A DNA stretch of 64,000 bases, taken from Podarcis cretensis (Eukaryota). The stretch's first letter is position 1, and each line of letters opens with the position of its first letter. The DNA lies in contig OX638152.1 in the NCBI GenBank assembly GCA_951804945.1, positions 48,112,001-48,176,000 on the forward strand, in the 5' to 3' direction. Shown here piece after piece: positions 25,515 to 38,552 of this stretch. Both the position numbers and the translations under genes were made by a program. Below the pieces are notes generated by a model. That model did no database searches and was not told the DNA's origin. It worked only from the letters and a program-made list of their open reading frames with translations.

Positions 25515-26290
25515 TAATGAAGGCACCAGGTGAGTCTCCCTGGGGAAAGTATTCCACAAGCAGGGAGCCACCACAGAAAAGGCCCATTTTCATGTTGCCG
25601 CCCTCCAGACCTCTCACAGAGGAGGTATACAAAAATGGGACTCAGCAGGGTCAGTTCATATGGGGAGGGATGGTCCTTGAGGTGTGTGGTCTTGAGCCAT
25701 TTAAAGCTTTATAGGTCAAAAACAGCACTTTTAATTGGGTCCGGAAACTAGTTTGCAGCCAGAGCAGTTGGGTCAGGATTGGTGTAATATACTCAAACCG
25801 TCTTCCTGGTAAGCAACATGGCCGCTGAATTCTGCACTAGCTGAAGTTTCCAAGCTGTATTCAGAGGCAGCCCCACACAGAACATGTTGTCATGATTTAA
25901 CCTAGAGGTTACCAGAGCATAGACAACAGAAGTTAGGCTTTCACTGTCTAGATAGGAACACAGCTGAGCCGCCACACCAGCTGCAGCTGATGGAAGGCAC
26001 TCCACACCACTGAGCCCCCCTGAGCCTCAAGCAACAGTAATGGGTCCAGAAGTACCTCCAAACTCCCTCCTTCAGAGCAGGCCTCCTCTCACCCATCTGG
26101 TTTCGGGAACCACTACTAACAGTTGCTTAGTCTTATCTGCACTGAGCTTCAGTTTATTGACTCTTATCCAGCCAGACTCTGAAGCAAGACATTGGTCCAG
26201 CACATCCACTGCCTTACCTGCAGATGTAAAGGAAAGGTAGAACTGTGTGTCATCAGCATATTGCTGATCATTGGGTGTAAGGCACCATTT
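25515..26290 (-). mobile_element. L2 LINE ORF2 fragment (RT end and C-terminal region)
   Basis: QQYADDTQ at ~26243-26266; VVYALVTSRL...VGLPL...KLQLVQNSAAMLLT. Confidence 0.9.
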
Positions 26291-26829
26291 GCCAAATCTG
26301 CTTTCAAAATATGACTTTTTTCTGTTTCCAGTCCTGCTCTTTTAGTATAGTGTTGATCCCATTTTGAATTTGGAATAGGATTTATTGCTTTTTCCAACAT
26401 GTGCAGGGTTAATTTTTGTTTGTTGTCAGTGCATGGCTTCATGATGCTGCCGCCACTCCCCTCTGGCTTCTTCCCATGTAATGCAGGTGGCTGTGATCAT
26501 ATTACAAGGAGATTATGAAGGGCTGCACAATCTTTAAAACGTGTCTCTCGTTCTGTCCATCATGGTCATTTCAACAGCTCTAGCTGCTTCACAAAGTGGA
26601 TGTTTCCAAATGATAAAATACAAAATTGACTGGAACCATCCCAAGAAGTTATTAAAATAATGGAAGTTCTCTAGGATCTCATCCCCAGTATTGGCTGCTG
26701 TTACTTCTGAACTGAGGAGCTGAAAGAATTGAAGGACTTCAGAAGGTTTAACTTTTATCCTAGGCTACTAGTCTTTCCAGTGCACCATCATTTGCAGTCC
26801 AGTGCAAGAGAAAATCTTGGTTTTAACTA

Positions 26830-26965
26830 GCATAATGATATGAGATTGGGATACCTGGGTTTAAATTTATGCTGGCTCATGAATCTCATAGGGTTGTGTG
26901 GTCATGAGCAAAAACAGCATCACTCAATTGAAACTATCTTACAGATTTGTTGTTAGGAATTAATG
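26830..26965 (+). mobile_element. Degenerate MIR/CORE-like SINE
   Basis: ACCTGGGTTTAAAT B-box-like head and CTATCTTACAGATTTGTTGTTAGGAATTAA core-like tail. Confidence 0.45.
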
Positions 26966-27673
26966 GGTTAGAAATGTATGATAGGTCCAGGGTCCCCTCC
27001 TCCTTTGCATCCGTTTGTTTTTCTCAAAACTATTCCATTTTCATAATTCAATTTGGCAGCATCCAGTTATATTTGCACAGGCAAATCCTTGTGTGGAGCA
27101 TGCTATCAGCACAGTAAGGAATTACTTGCCTAAGGTAGCAGATAATATATTCCAATTAAAATACAGCTAGAGCCAAATTCTAAAGAAGAGCTGATACATC
27201 AAATCCTTTATTAGATTGAATGCTGAACCCTGAATTTATTACACTGCACAAATTCCTAGGGTGGAAAAGGGAAATGAAATATAACATTAATGGCTTTGTT
27301 GGGCATTAATAATATAATATATGTTTTTTCCCTAATGTTTCCAGTTAGGACAAAGTCTTATTATGTGCCATTTTAAAAGAAGCTTCAAAATGTTGCCAAT
27401 GTGCTCTTTCACTTTTTTAAAACATAAAACCCACTAATGCTGTTTAAAATTGGTTCACGATATTTCCGCAGGAAAAATGTATTGTAAAGGTTACATATGA
27501 TAAGAAACTGAGGTTTGCCACTGAAAGAACTCCAATGGCAAGTTCGCCCCTTCATAATATGTAGTATGACTCCATTGAGTTGTGTAGTTCTCTGGCAATG
27601 AAGCTTCGGATCATTGACTGCTACTGGTGCTTGCAGGAAAAAGTTAAAAATAGTCATGGCTGAACAGAAATTA

Positions 27674-28445
27674 GGGCCACATTCACACCATACGTTTAAA
27701 GCACTATGAGACCACTTCAAGCTGTCATGGACAAAGAATCCTCGGAGCTGCATTATGTTAAGGATGCTGAGAGTTGTTAGGACACCACCCTCACAGCGCT
27801 ACAATTGCCAGTTTCCTGTGAAGAGGTATTGATTGTTAAAGCACTCTGAGAATTGTGGCTCAGTGAAGGGACCATATAACAGTGGTCCTAAAAGAATTAC
27901 ATTGGCTCCCATTTCTGAGCACAATTCAAACCGTTGGTGCTAGCCTTTAAAGCCCTAAATGGCTTCGGCCCTGTATACCTGAAGGAGCGTTTCCACCCAC
28001 ATCGTACAGCCCAGACACTAAGATCCAGCTCCGAGGGCATTCTGGTGGTTCCCTCACTGAGAGAAATGAAGCTACAGGGAACCAGGCAGAGGGCCTTCTC
28101 TACAGTTGCACTCACTCTGTGGAACACCTTCTCATCAGATATCAAAGAAATAAATAATTATATGACCTTCCATAGACATCTCCATAGACAAAAGGAAGTT
28201 TGTAGTGTGTGACGTGTTGTGTTTTTACAATTTTTTGTTGGGAGCTGCCCAGAGTACCTGGGGCAACCCAGTCAGATGGGTAGCATATAAATATGTTGTT
28301 GTTGTTATATTAGGGAATAGGGCTCTCCTCAGCACCCTTAAAAAACTACAACTCTCAGAATTCTTTGGTGGAAGCCTCACTGTTTAAGGCTGTTTAATAC
28401 TGTTTAACTGCAACAGTAGCTAAATAATATGTGGGTGGATTTGCT
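27674..28445. mobile_element. MITE (possibly Harbinger-like) split by an L2 insertion
   Basis: Left arm AAAGAATCCTCGGAGCTGCATTATGTTAAGGATGCTGA pairs with right arm TCAGCACCCTTAAAAAACTACAACTCTCAGAATTCTTT. Confidence 0.6.
27895..28308 (+). mobile_element. L2 LINE 3' fragment
   Basis: LHWLP / VLAFKALNGFGPVYLKERF / RAFSTVALTLWN; (GTT)n tail. Confidence 0.9.
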
Positions 28446-29046
28446 AGTACGATGTCTTGTTAACCATTCTTACTCTGCATAGTTATATAATAGCATGCAA
28501 AAACCATTTTTATTACTCTTCAACCATATTGTACTTTATAAATAATTAAATGTGACTTCCTTGTAACCAATCAATGGGGTTTCACAATTGTCTGCACAAT
28601 TTCCAATCTCAGTAGAGGTATGTCCACAAAATCCTGCTTCCAAGGGCATGCAAGCTCTACCTATATTTAGGTGACACTTTTCAAGAAAAAGTATCCAGTT
28701 ATGTTTAATATGTTTACGGATGACTGCCGGACCATATGTGATTGTTTTGGAATCCCTGGTACAGGGATTACAGTAGAGCTTTTTTGAGACTTTAGCTTCA
28801 CTTCCTCCAAATAAATCAACATTTCAAGGCTCTGGTCTATTCTACTGGGAACTGGATAAACGAAAATGACAAGGTCAGTAGATATTTTAAGCATACACAT
28901 CTAATTATACGAAAAACAGTATTAATGAAGACTGAAAGCAAAATTTATAAATATATTTCCCTGGAGAACTGCACATGGAGAAACTAATCTAGAAAAATAA
29001 TAAGCCAAATCACTTCATTTGATATGAACCAGGATGTGATGCTGAC

Positions 29047-29120
29047 ATAGAATCATAGAATTGTAGGGTTCGAGGGGACCTCAAGGGTCATTTAGACCAA
29101 CCTGCTGCAAAGCAGGAATC
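29047..29120 (-). mobile_element. CR1 3' end
   Basis: CATAGAATCATAGAAT octamer tail followed by GGGACCTCAAGGGTCATTTAG...GCAGGAATC. Confidence 0.8.
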
Positions 29121-32100
29121 AACTAGATCATGAATGATCCAAAGCACTTTCACATTCATCAGAACTTTGTTATTTTGGAGCTATTCAGTTGCTTAATGTG
29201 TGCTTCATTCATTTAGATGTGGATGTTCTATTCACAGGGCTTCATTACTTCTTCCAAGGAAACAGGAACAAATCCCATGCTGGGAGTCACTATTCACTGC
29301 AGAATGTACATAGAATTAGACTCACAGTATCTTGTAGCCTGCATAGCAGGCAGGCAGTTGTGGCAGGGCGTTTTCCGTAGTAGTCCCACAACTATGGAAC
29401 TCAGTTTCTTCTGAGATTAGGCAAGCTTAATTACTAGTGAAGGACTCGCGGCTTCAGGATCTGGTGATGATTGCAGATTTAGAGATCTAAATGTGGAGGG
29501 AGGGGTTTTTAATGGGGGGAGTTTACAGGGAGGAGGGGAGACTTAACTCATCCCCTCCACAGCTGTAGCACCCTGAAATCACCCTTGTGATGCCAATTAG
29601 GCCTTCTTTTCAGCCTAATTTTCCCTGCAGGCCCCAGGGAAAACCTTTTGTGTCTCCAGGCACCACGTTGGTGACCCATGTGCTAGGCTATTGTTATTTC
29701 CTTCCCTTTTCTCATCCCTTCATCTTTCTTTGGTTTTTCTATTCCTGCTTTGCCAGAAGCAGAGATTTCTGAACTTGTTGATCTGCTATATTGGATTGGT
29801 AGGCATGTTTTTCTCTCTTTCAGACTTAATGCTAAAACACTAAGGATGCTTTTAAGCTAGATGGGCTAGAGGAAATATCAGCAGGAGGTAATGTAAGACA
29901 TGGCAATCAACCAACCAACCAGGCAGTCAGTCAACTGACCATCTTAGCTGTGAGTCCTGAGGGACTTGCCCCCTGCCTTGCAGGCCTTTTCCCACCTGGC
30001 TTGGGGTGGCAGGGCTCTGACTGACTCCAGCTACAAAACCTGCACCTGTTGAAGAGGCCAGAGACCATCTTGGTTGTCTCTTAGTGCAGACCCAGGTCAT
30101 CAAGCCTAAACTTCCACAGCCACTGCCCACCATGAAGCTCCATTGGCAGGTTGGGCAGCAACAGCAGCAGGTATGTTCTGTGCTTATGATGATATGTTAT
30201 TCTCTTCTTAATTATGCTGTTTTACATTTTATATCTGACATCATTGAGTAATGTTTTCTTTTGAAACATTTAAGATAATTTTTGCTGTTAACTTGGCTGT
30301 GTTAGATGTGGATTCTGTAGTAGACCTCCTTTGTAATGTTTTATTTTGAAATCTTTAAGATAATAGTTTAGTTTCCTGTTAATTATGCTGCTTTGAATGC
30401 ATACTTTATAGTTAACTTTCTCCAGTAATGCTTTATTCTGGATTGTTTCATTGGATATTTAAATGTGTTGTAAAGCCCTTTGAGATATTTTTCTTAAAAA
30501 TATGAAGTGGTATAGGAATGAAATAAATCACCACCACATTGCTTTATTATAGTTCTCATTCTTTATGCATATCAACCCTTGATTCCTTTATAGTTTACTC
30601 TTAGTGTTTGGCTTGCATTGGAGTGCTTGGATTGAATTTCTTTTCTGTACTTCTGGAGTCATTTGGGCCACTAATTTTTATTATCTACTGTTTCTATATT
30701 ATTTATCAATAAACTATTTAATTCATTTCAGTTATAATCTTTAGTCTATGGTCTTTCTGCTTTAATCCCTGGGGTGCAAATTTGAATGAAACTAGACCAA
30801 TTATCTCCAGCTAAGATACCAGCATGCTTACAGAAATGGTTACACTTTACATTTGAGACAATATCACCTCACTCCACAACGCAAGATTTCTGTTTTTTGG
30901 GGGCTGGGAGGGGAATAGTTGTGGCTGGGTGCCTTTCACTTCAGTGGTTAAACCAAATCTACTCTCAGTTCTGTTACTATATATACCAATGAATTGTAAC
31001 AGAAGTCTTTACCGTTCAAAACACTGAAGTCGGTATCAGCTAATCAAAAACAAACACTGCCTTTGGCTATTTTATTAAGCTTTCCTTGTGAAATGTTACT
31101 CTAGCTAGCATGAGAGCTAAAGTTTACTCCATTTATTATAATATTCGTAGTAATACTGTGCAGTCAAGTGCAAATGATCTTCCGCCTTCTCAATTAACAG
31201 AGTATTAAGACTTCCCTGAAGAGCAATAAACTCCTTTAATATGACAGGGGTACAAGTTCATTTATGCGCTTCTTCCAAGGTGCATTTCCAAATCTGTGTG
31301 AAATTCCCTAAGCTCCTTATTGATTGTCAAGGCGAATCAAGGCAGCTATGTTTTCCTCCGTTGGTGTTTAAATCATATCCCATAGGAGATAAACTAGGAG
31401 GAACTTTGTAGATACTTATTTAAAAATATTGTTGTTGCATCATTTCAGAAATGCTGTCTTGAGTGGCCTGTGAAGTAATATTCATGTATATCTGCTTCCC
31501 TAGCCACACATTTCTTCTCCTGTTCAGTATTTTACATAGCTACCCAACCAATGTGATGTGCCAAGAACAGAGTGTGCATGCTGGATCATCATATAAACAG
31601 ATCATCATATAAATGAACCACATGGTCACTTAAAACTAAAGGCTGTGCACGCTCATATTGCACCTGGAACTATGTGCTCCAGAGAGGTGTCTGCTTAGGA
31701 GGGGAAGGGGAAGAAAATTGCTCACTTGCAGACAGAAACGGGTTCCAATTCAAGATTTCAGTAATATGATGTGCAGTGCTCCTATTCAGGGCTTCAGCAG
31801 GAGTGTTTCCCCAGAATTCTGCATTCCATTCACCCTCTTCCAGTTTTCCATTCTTGCCCACTTCCAACAGTGAGCCAGTATTTCAAGGCCACTGAGCATA
31901 CTCTGTTCTCATCTGACTGTTTTGGGTTTTTTTCCCAGCCAAAAAGGGTTTTTTCCTCGATTCCTTTCTTCTTCTTTTGGTTCTTGTGCAGACCTCAAGG
32001 TTTCCCCGAGTCTGCTGATGCCTCATTCTATTGTGTGGGTCATGCTGTTTTGGCTATGTAAGGATCAATATGAGAGTTGTCACAACTTGTGACAATGTAT

Positions 32101-33558
32101 CTGTTTTTATTTTGCTTGAATTTATTTTTCTTTAACTTTTAATTTCAGAAACCTGGTTGTTATTAAAATATTTAGGTGGGAAGAAACACTCTTGAGCGTT
32201 TCGTATCAGTATATAGATTAGCCACAATTCAGTCTAGAATAAACCATGATTAAACCTCATTGATTTCCAAATCTGACTGAATTAAAATCACTGGTTTTTT
32301 TAAGTATAGGCAATGACCATTTTGTGTGTGTTCAGTATGTGCAAAAGCCAGAAGTGACTAGAGTGCAGAAAGGGCAAAAATGGTGTGATGACAGGACCTA
32401 GCAATCCCACAAGCCTTTGCAAGTTCAATCCCAGGAGGCCTTGCACCAACCTGTGAGGCCTATGCAGAGAAAGCGGTTTCAATGGTGTTCCCAATATACA
32501 CATTTCGCTTAAATGCACAGTGCCTAAGAACATAAACCCTGCGTTAATGGGGAGTTGTCTGTATGCAAAATTTGTGGCAAACTGTATCTTTATATGCTGG
32601 TACAATTTTTTCTGAGACCTGTTGTACAAGCGAATAGCTGAACTTGAGCGATGCATCTTGACCCCACTCTGGTAATCTACTGAATATCAATGGTGGTGCA
32701 TACCTTAAAGAAAGAACTGCACTGTAAATGGATACACTGTGTGTCTCTGCATTCAGAGACACACAACTTTACTCAGTTTTATTTTCATTCGGATAAAGCC
32801 TCCTGAGCCCAGAAACTGCTTTGTACAGCTCTGCTTCTCAAAATTGGGGTGCCTAGAATCTAGCTCAGTCAAACCATTTTATTTCTCTCTCTCTCTTTTT
32901 AATTTGGTGGTTTTGCAGAATAACTGCAAAAGTAGAACGCTGCAAAACAGAAGGAAAGCATCATCTTCTAGCCCCATATAATGATCACAAAGACTTGACC
33001 GTATGCATAGCAATGGTCACCTGAAGAACAAATGACACCTCTGACATCTACTTTTGGTGGCTATGAAGCAGCAGCAGATGATAAGAGGTCCACTCCAAGT
33101 ACTTTGAAGGGGAATCATGCTTGAATTAGAGGGCAGGAGCTGAATTTGTTGCAAATGGTGGCACAATTCATCTTGCTCATACTAATACAACTGCACTCAG
33201 AAGCACAGACTAGTAAGATGAAGGTAGATTAGCTGGTTGATTGAATAATCATAGGGCTAAAAGAACACAGGCCAAGCTCTTACTCTGGGTGGACTCTATG
33301 GGATTACATGGAATAAGTTGGACTGCTTGTGAGTTCCTGATCTAGGAGGAATGGGATGCGGTATGGATTGTATGTATAGCCTATACCTGGGACTTATGCA
33401 TGTGGCTACCACAAATATGCACAGCTGTAACTGAATAGAAATCGCTGATCTTCAAGCAAACACACACCATCAGGGGAACTTTTGAGCAAGCATTGTTAGC
33501 CTACTTACTGGCTGGACAATAAATAGATTAGACCTTCAAAGTCAATGCATTTTTGTCA

Positions 33559-33564
33559 TTTATT
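33559..33564 (-). terminator. Probable distal polyadenylation signal of NRIP1
   Basis: Minus strand GAATTTG-AATAAA-TGACAAAAATGC, followed downstream by U-rich TCTATTTATTGT and GU-rich GGTGTGTGTTTG. Confidence 0.6.
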
Positions 33565-35809
33565 CAAATTTTCTGTAGGAAGTAAACACTGAAAGAATTA
33601 AAAAAAACCTCACACTGCAGTATGTACAGTTTTGTGACATCACATGAATAAATCATTTCCTAATAAAAATGAGAACAGTTAAATTAGTGAAATTCCACAA
33701 TGAAAAGATTGCATAAACCCCAGAATTCTTGTGTGTGGTAATGAAACCAGTATTGCACATATCTAGCAATACCAGAATAGAATTGCAGTGGTTTGAAATG
33801 GAATAACAAAACGTTAATGTTTGCTTTTGGGGGTGGGGAGGTGCTCTTTACGTTTTAAAAAATGAAAAGGAAAAAAAGATTGACTTTCCCCCCAGACCCT
33901 TTCATTTGAAGCACATTCTTTCACAAAGCTAAAATACCACAGCAGAAGTCATGTCCAGAAACAGAATACAATTGTGTTTGACAAACATCTGGTTTGACTT
34001 AAGACATATTTGCCATTGCAGAGATGCATAGGGTCTCCCATGCATTTTTCATGCAGCAGGTAATTACAATATTAAATAAAACATTTTCTATACATTCTTC
34101 CAGACTTGCAAATGTATACATACATGCAAAAATTTTTAAACCTATGTGATCATATTTACATTTAATATATGGAATATACATAACAAAAAGATTAAAATGT
34201 TTTTTTCCTTTGCATTAGATAGAATACAAAATATGTATTTTTTCATTAAAGAAACCACTATTTACATCACTTTTTTAAAAATCAATTTCAACATGTATGT
34301 GTAACAAGTCTATATATTTACATATGTATACATATACATATATATAAAATATAACTTACCAGTTTACTCAACTAAAATGCAGCAGAGATAAACTGGCAAC
34401 ATTTTGTTGTCATTAATGACTGCTCTATCACATTTCACTGATGTTTTGCTGGGGGAAACTTAAATCATTTATTTCAAAAAAATGTAAATTAAGCACTTTA
34501 TAATCTATTTTTTAAAAATATATAGCTTAAGAAGTAAATACATGGCTGATTTCCCTTTCAAACTGTTGTGTTCTATCTTCAGAGATGAACTGCTCTTACA
34601 GAAATGGGTTTTCAAGGTAATCCTAAACATGCTCAGAGGTTTTACTGAATTCCATCAGATTTCCTTTCAGGTAAGCAGGCATAGGATTCCAAATGTGCCA
34701 CCCAATCCTACCCATGTCTATTTAGATGCAAGACCCACTGTGCTCAATTGGGTTTACTTCTAAGTGAGGAAAGGATTGCTGCTTTAAGTCATTTTCTCTA
34801 GTAAAATATAGTGCCCATGTTTTTCTGAAGTTCTAATTTGTGTTTGCCTTTACAGAATGAAATGAGAGAAATGTTCCGACACAGGTCCATATTTTTCCTC
34901 TTTCATACTATGTGGGAAGACAGCGAATTATTTTTTCTTCTGTCCTTATGATGAAACTCTTAATTTCATTCATCCTTTCAACTGTACCAATACAGGTCTC
35001 TAGTTGCAACTACAAAGTTGCAGGTCCATGAATTTAAATCTGCCTCCACTCATGTAAAATGGGGGCTGGGCCTCCACTTTGAACGAAAAGGGGTTAGTGG
35101 TTGAGAAACCCAGAACTCCCCCCCTCCCTTTAGTTTTTCCTCTTCTTCCTCTTCCAGGTAGACTGATGGATTAAAGTCCTGCTGAAAGAAGCCTTTGGAG
35201 AACAGCAGGGGGCTAAGTGTAGCTGTACCTGCATGTTGCCATCAGTCCCCTATTTTACACACAATTGGGGCAGATCAAAGTCTCAGGTTTAAGCACATAG
35301 CTATGCATCATAGTGTATAAATTGATCCTGTGTCAGATATTACACTGATGTATACCTGGCAGGTGTGTGCTTTGTATTCAGAACTATGTAACATGGTTAC
35401 AAGCAAAGCATGGTCTTGCCCCACCTTGTTTCCTAAATTACATTTTACTGGTTAAGGCAGGTAATTACATATCTAAAATCTTTTTGAAATAATGTGTTCT
35501 ACCCCGTTATTGAGATTTGTGGTGTCAATGAAATACATTACTGAGATGAAATGTACCAACTGAACTGCTGTCATTATAAGGTTCACTATGGGGAAAATTA
35601 ATCTGCAATGTGTATTTGTCTATAAATACAGGTAAGCTGAGCTCTTAAAATATTTGTGCAAATAACTCCCAAGAGGAATATGTAAACTGTTAACTATCAG
35701 AATTGTCATCTCTAGCATCTGTGATGAAAAGCCCACCATCCACTAGAGTATCTTCCTAATTTAGAATATAGAAATGCAGTCTCTATGATTATACCAAGAT
35801 AGTATAAGA

Positions 35810-35921
35810 CAAAGGCAACTTATGGCCCACCAGATGTTGTCCCAAAAGCATGGCGAATAGTCAGGGGCGACAGGATCTGTAGTCCAATAACTCCTGGAGG
35901 GCCACAGGTTGTCAGTCCCTG
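35810..35921. mobile_element. Degenerate hAT MITE inside the inferred NRIP1 3' UTR
   Basis: TGGCCCACCAGATGTTG ... TGTAGTCCAATAACTCCTGGAGGGCCACAGGTT, homologous to the 13601/42617 family. Confidence 0.6.
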
Positions 35922-36109
35922 ATATAAGCTAACAGTTGTTTGTTATGAAATTAAAGTACACCTGAAGGCGCCATTGGCAACAGGAACAGAATGACTAAAT
36001 GGTGGGATACAACAGAGCTTTAGCCAATTTTTTCATGTCAATTTGCACTGGAATTTTCCTATACATTTGTATTTCCTCCAGGGCTATGAATCTACTTGGT
36101 CTGTCATTC

Positions 36110-36113
<4 letters not shown>

Positions 36114-36175
<62 letters not shown>
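36114..36175. repeat. Compound microsatellite (TC)17(AC)14 in the 3' UTR
   Basis: Seen directly. Confidence 0.95.
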
Positions 36176-36177
<2 letters not shown>

Positions 36178-38049
36178 TTTAAAATATTAGTATTAATTAT
36201 ATAATGTAAATAATAATAATAAAGCTGTGATACTCTGTAGACTAACAGCTGGAACAAATATTTCTAATGCATTTCTCTACCAGGGCAAAGAGAAAAGGTG
36301 TTCAGCGATAAAATAAAGTAGTTTGAATTATATAGCTTTACAACTGATGCCGAGCTTATGGTGGAAGGTAAAACAAGATCTGGTTGAAAATATTTATCTT
36401 CTTGTATGTAAAAGCTTTATCCAGTCAGCAGTAATATATATGCTTTCACCATAATTAAAATCACTCATTGAGTTGAGATGCACTGAACTTGTCTGATTTT
36501 TTTTTCTAGGACATTGATAAAAAAAAATCCCCTCAAAATCAATGAAAGACTTCAACACATTTGAACTGTGCTGCAATAAACTTTTTAGCTCAGAAGAGTG
36601 TAATTTAAAAAAAAAACATATAGTAAATTATACAGAAAAGTGAAGTAATCAAAACCCAACTTAACAAACAGTGCAATTCTATACATGCCACTTAGAAGTA
36701 GGTACCACAGAAATCAAGGGGACTTATTCCCATGGGTGTATAAGGGTTTTGGGGGGGCAGGGACTTGGGCCCATTAGCCAAATTAGGCTTTGCAGCCATA
36801 CCCACTCATCAACATGGCTCATGGGTGGGGGAATCCTGTTGTACAACCCTAGTGTATAGGATCACAGCTTAACTGATCTTCTGAGTTAGACTGCTACATG
36901 TTTAAAAGCACTGCAGTAGACACAGGTTTTACTGAAACTAAAATTCAGTACAAACTCAAAATATCCTACTTAGGTAAATTTTGTCTAAGAAGTTGGAGAG
37001 CGATAAACAGAACTTTTAAAAACTGCCATTCCGTTCTTTCAATTTACAATACTTCATTTCCCTTAATTCTGGTTTATTAAATATTAATTAATTTACCACA
37101 AACGATCTTTTCACTGACCACTAATATCAATACATATGCCACCTTCTTACCAAAAAGCCTTCTAAACTTGTCAGCATTTTCAATACTTCAGTAGTGCTCA
37201 TACTGTAAAGCAAGACTGAGCTGATGGGAAAAGATACCAACATGATGCGTTACCTATTCTTTTTTCTCTCTTAAACAAAATGCAACATTGATTCTGGAAA
37301 ATCCAAAGTTCACTAATGTGTTCCTTCACCAAGCATAAATGGGGAGAAACTGAAAGTGGGTGAGGGACATATTTTGCTACCAGGATTTTGCAAATCTAGC
37401 TTTATAAACTCATAGCCCAGGTTTTATATTTATTTCAGCTGAGTGTCCAGGGAAGGCATTCTCCAAATGCAACTAGAGAAAATACATAAGATATTTCTTG
37501 TGGTTCTCCCAGATATTAAAATGCAATCAAAAGCCATTAGGAAGCACCCAAAGGTTTCATTTCTATACATTTCTCCAGTTAACACTGAGGATGATTACTA
37601 ATATGCTAGAGTAGACTAATGCCTTGGTCTTGGTGTTCCATTTACAAAAAAGGGGTTCTTCACATTTCATACATGTATGAAAACACAAAGTTATACTGCC
37701 CCAGTGCTTAAGAGTTTCAAAAAGGAAAATATATCATGCGACAGGATGAAATGCTGCAAAACACTCTGCCAGCAGTGTCAGCTTTATGCATTGCATGTGT
37801 AATACTAGTAGTTCCAAATAAGTACCTTTTTATAATACATAACCCAGAAGAATTGCTGCTACCTCTGTATTTTCCCCCTACACTGGCTCAGATATTTGTA
37901 AATAATTCCACCCATGTGGTTCAGCTTCCTGCCATGTTTTTAACTGGGACCTGCTGGTGAAGGGAAGGGAATAAATCCTGAGGCGCCAGGCAAAAACTTT
38001 TATATATAACCAGGCCTTTAGCTATCTGTGGCCTTTTAGAATTGGGATG

Positions 38050-38180
38050 TCTTTTAATTTATGTGGTGATTTTTGTTTGTAAGTTGCTTTGGGTTGCCCT
38101 AGGCAAGATAAAGCGACTGACCAAATTCAAGAAATAATAATAAAAAGTAATAATAAATTTTAAAAATAAGAATAAATCAT
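38050..38180 (+). mobile_element. L2-like 3' tail, antisense within the NRIP1 3' UTR
   Basis: TGTAAGTTGCTTTGGG...GATAAAGCGACT...AAATAATAATAAA resembles squamate L2 termini. Confidence 0.5.
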
Positions 38181-38552
38181 ATACATGACATCCAAGGTCC
38201 ACAGGAAGATCATCTGCCATCATTTGTATGATTTGGAAACATATCAGGAAGCTGAACCCCATGGTTTTAAACCTTTGCACAAACACCAGCAGTCAGTTTT
38301 CTTATTAATTTTGATGTAACTAACATCTTGTGATGATAGGTGCCTGGTGACAAATTTCCTGTAAAGCAAAAATAAAAATAAAAAATTGCTACATGTATTT
38401 TAAATATCAGCAGAAAAAATTCATCAAACAAAACCATGTTTCAGTTATACCATGCTTTTCTCAAATCATGCTAGATTTATACAACACTTTTTTTTTAAAA
38501 AAAAAAGCAAAGATTTAAACCTGACTGTAAACACTTCTAATATGATTATAAT

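Larger units (their letters stand above)
33540..38552 (-). other. NRIP1: NRIP1 3' UTR (~5 kb, inferred)
   Basis: AU-rich sequence continuing from the stop codon to an AATAAA at 33559-33564; NRIP1 is known to have a long 3' UTR within the coding exon. End point inferred, no transcript data. Confidence 0.65.
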
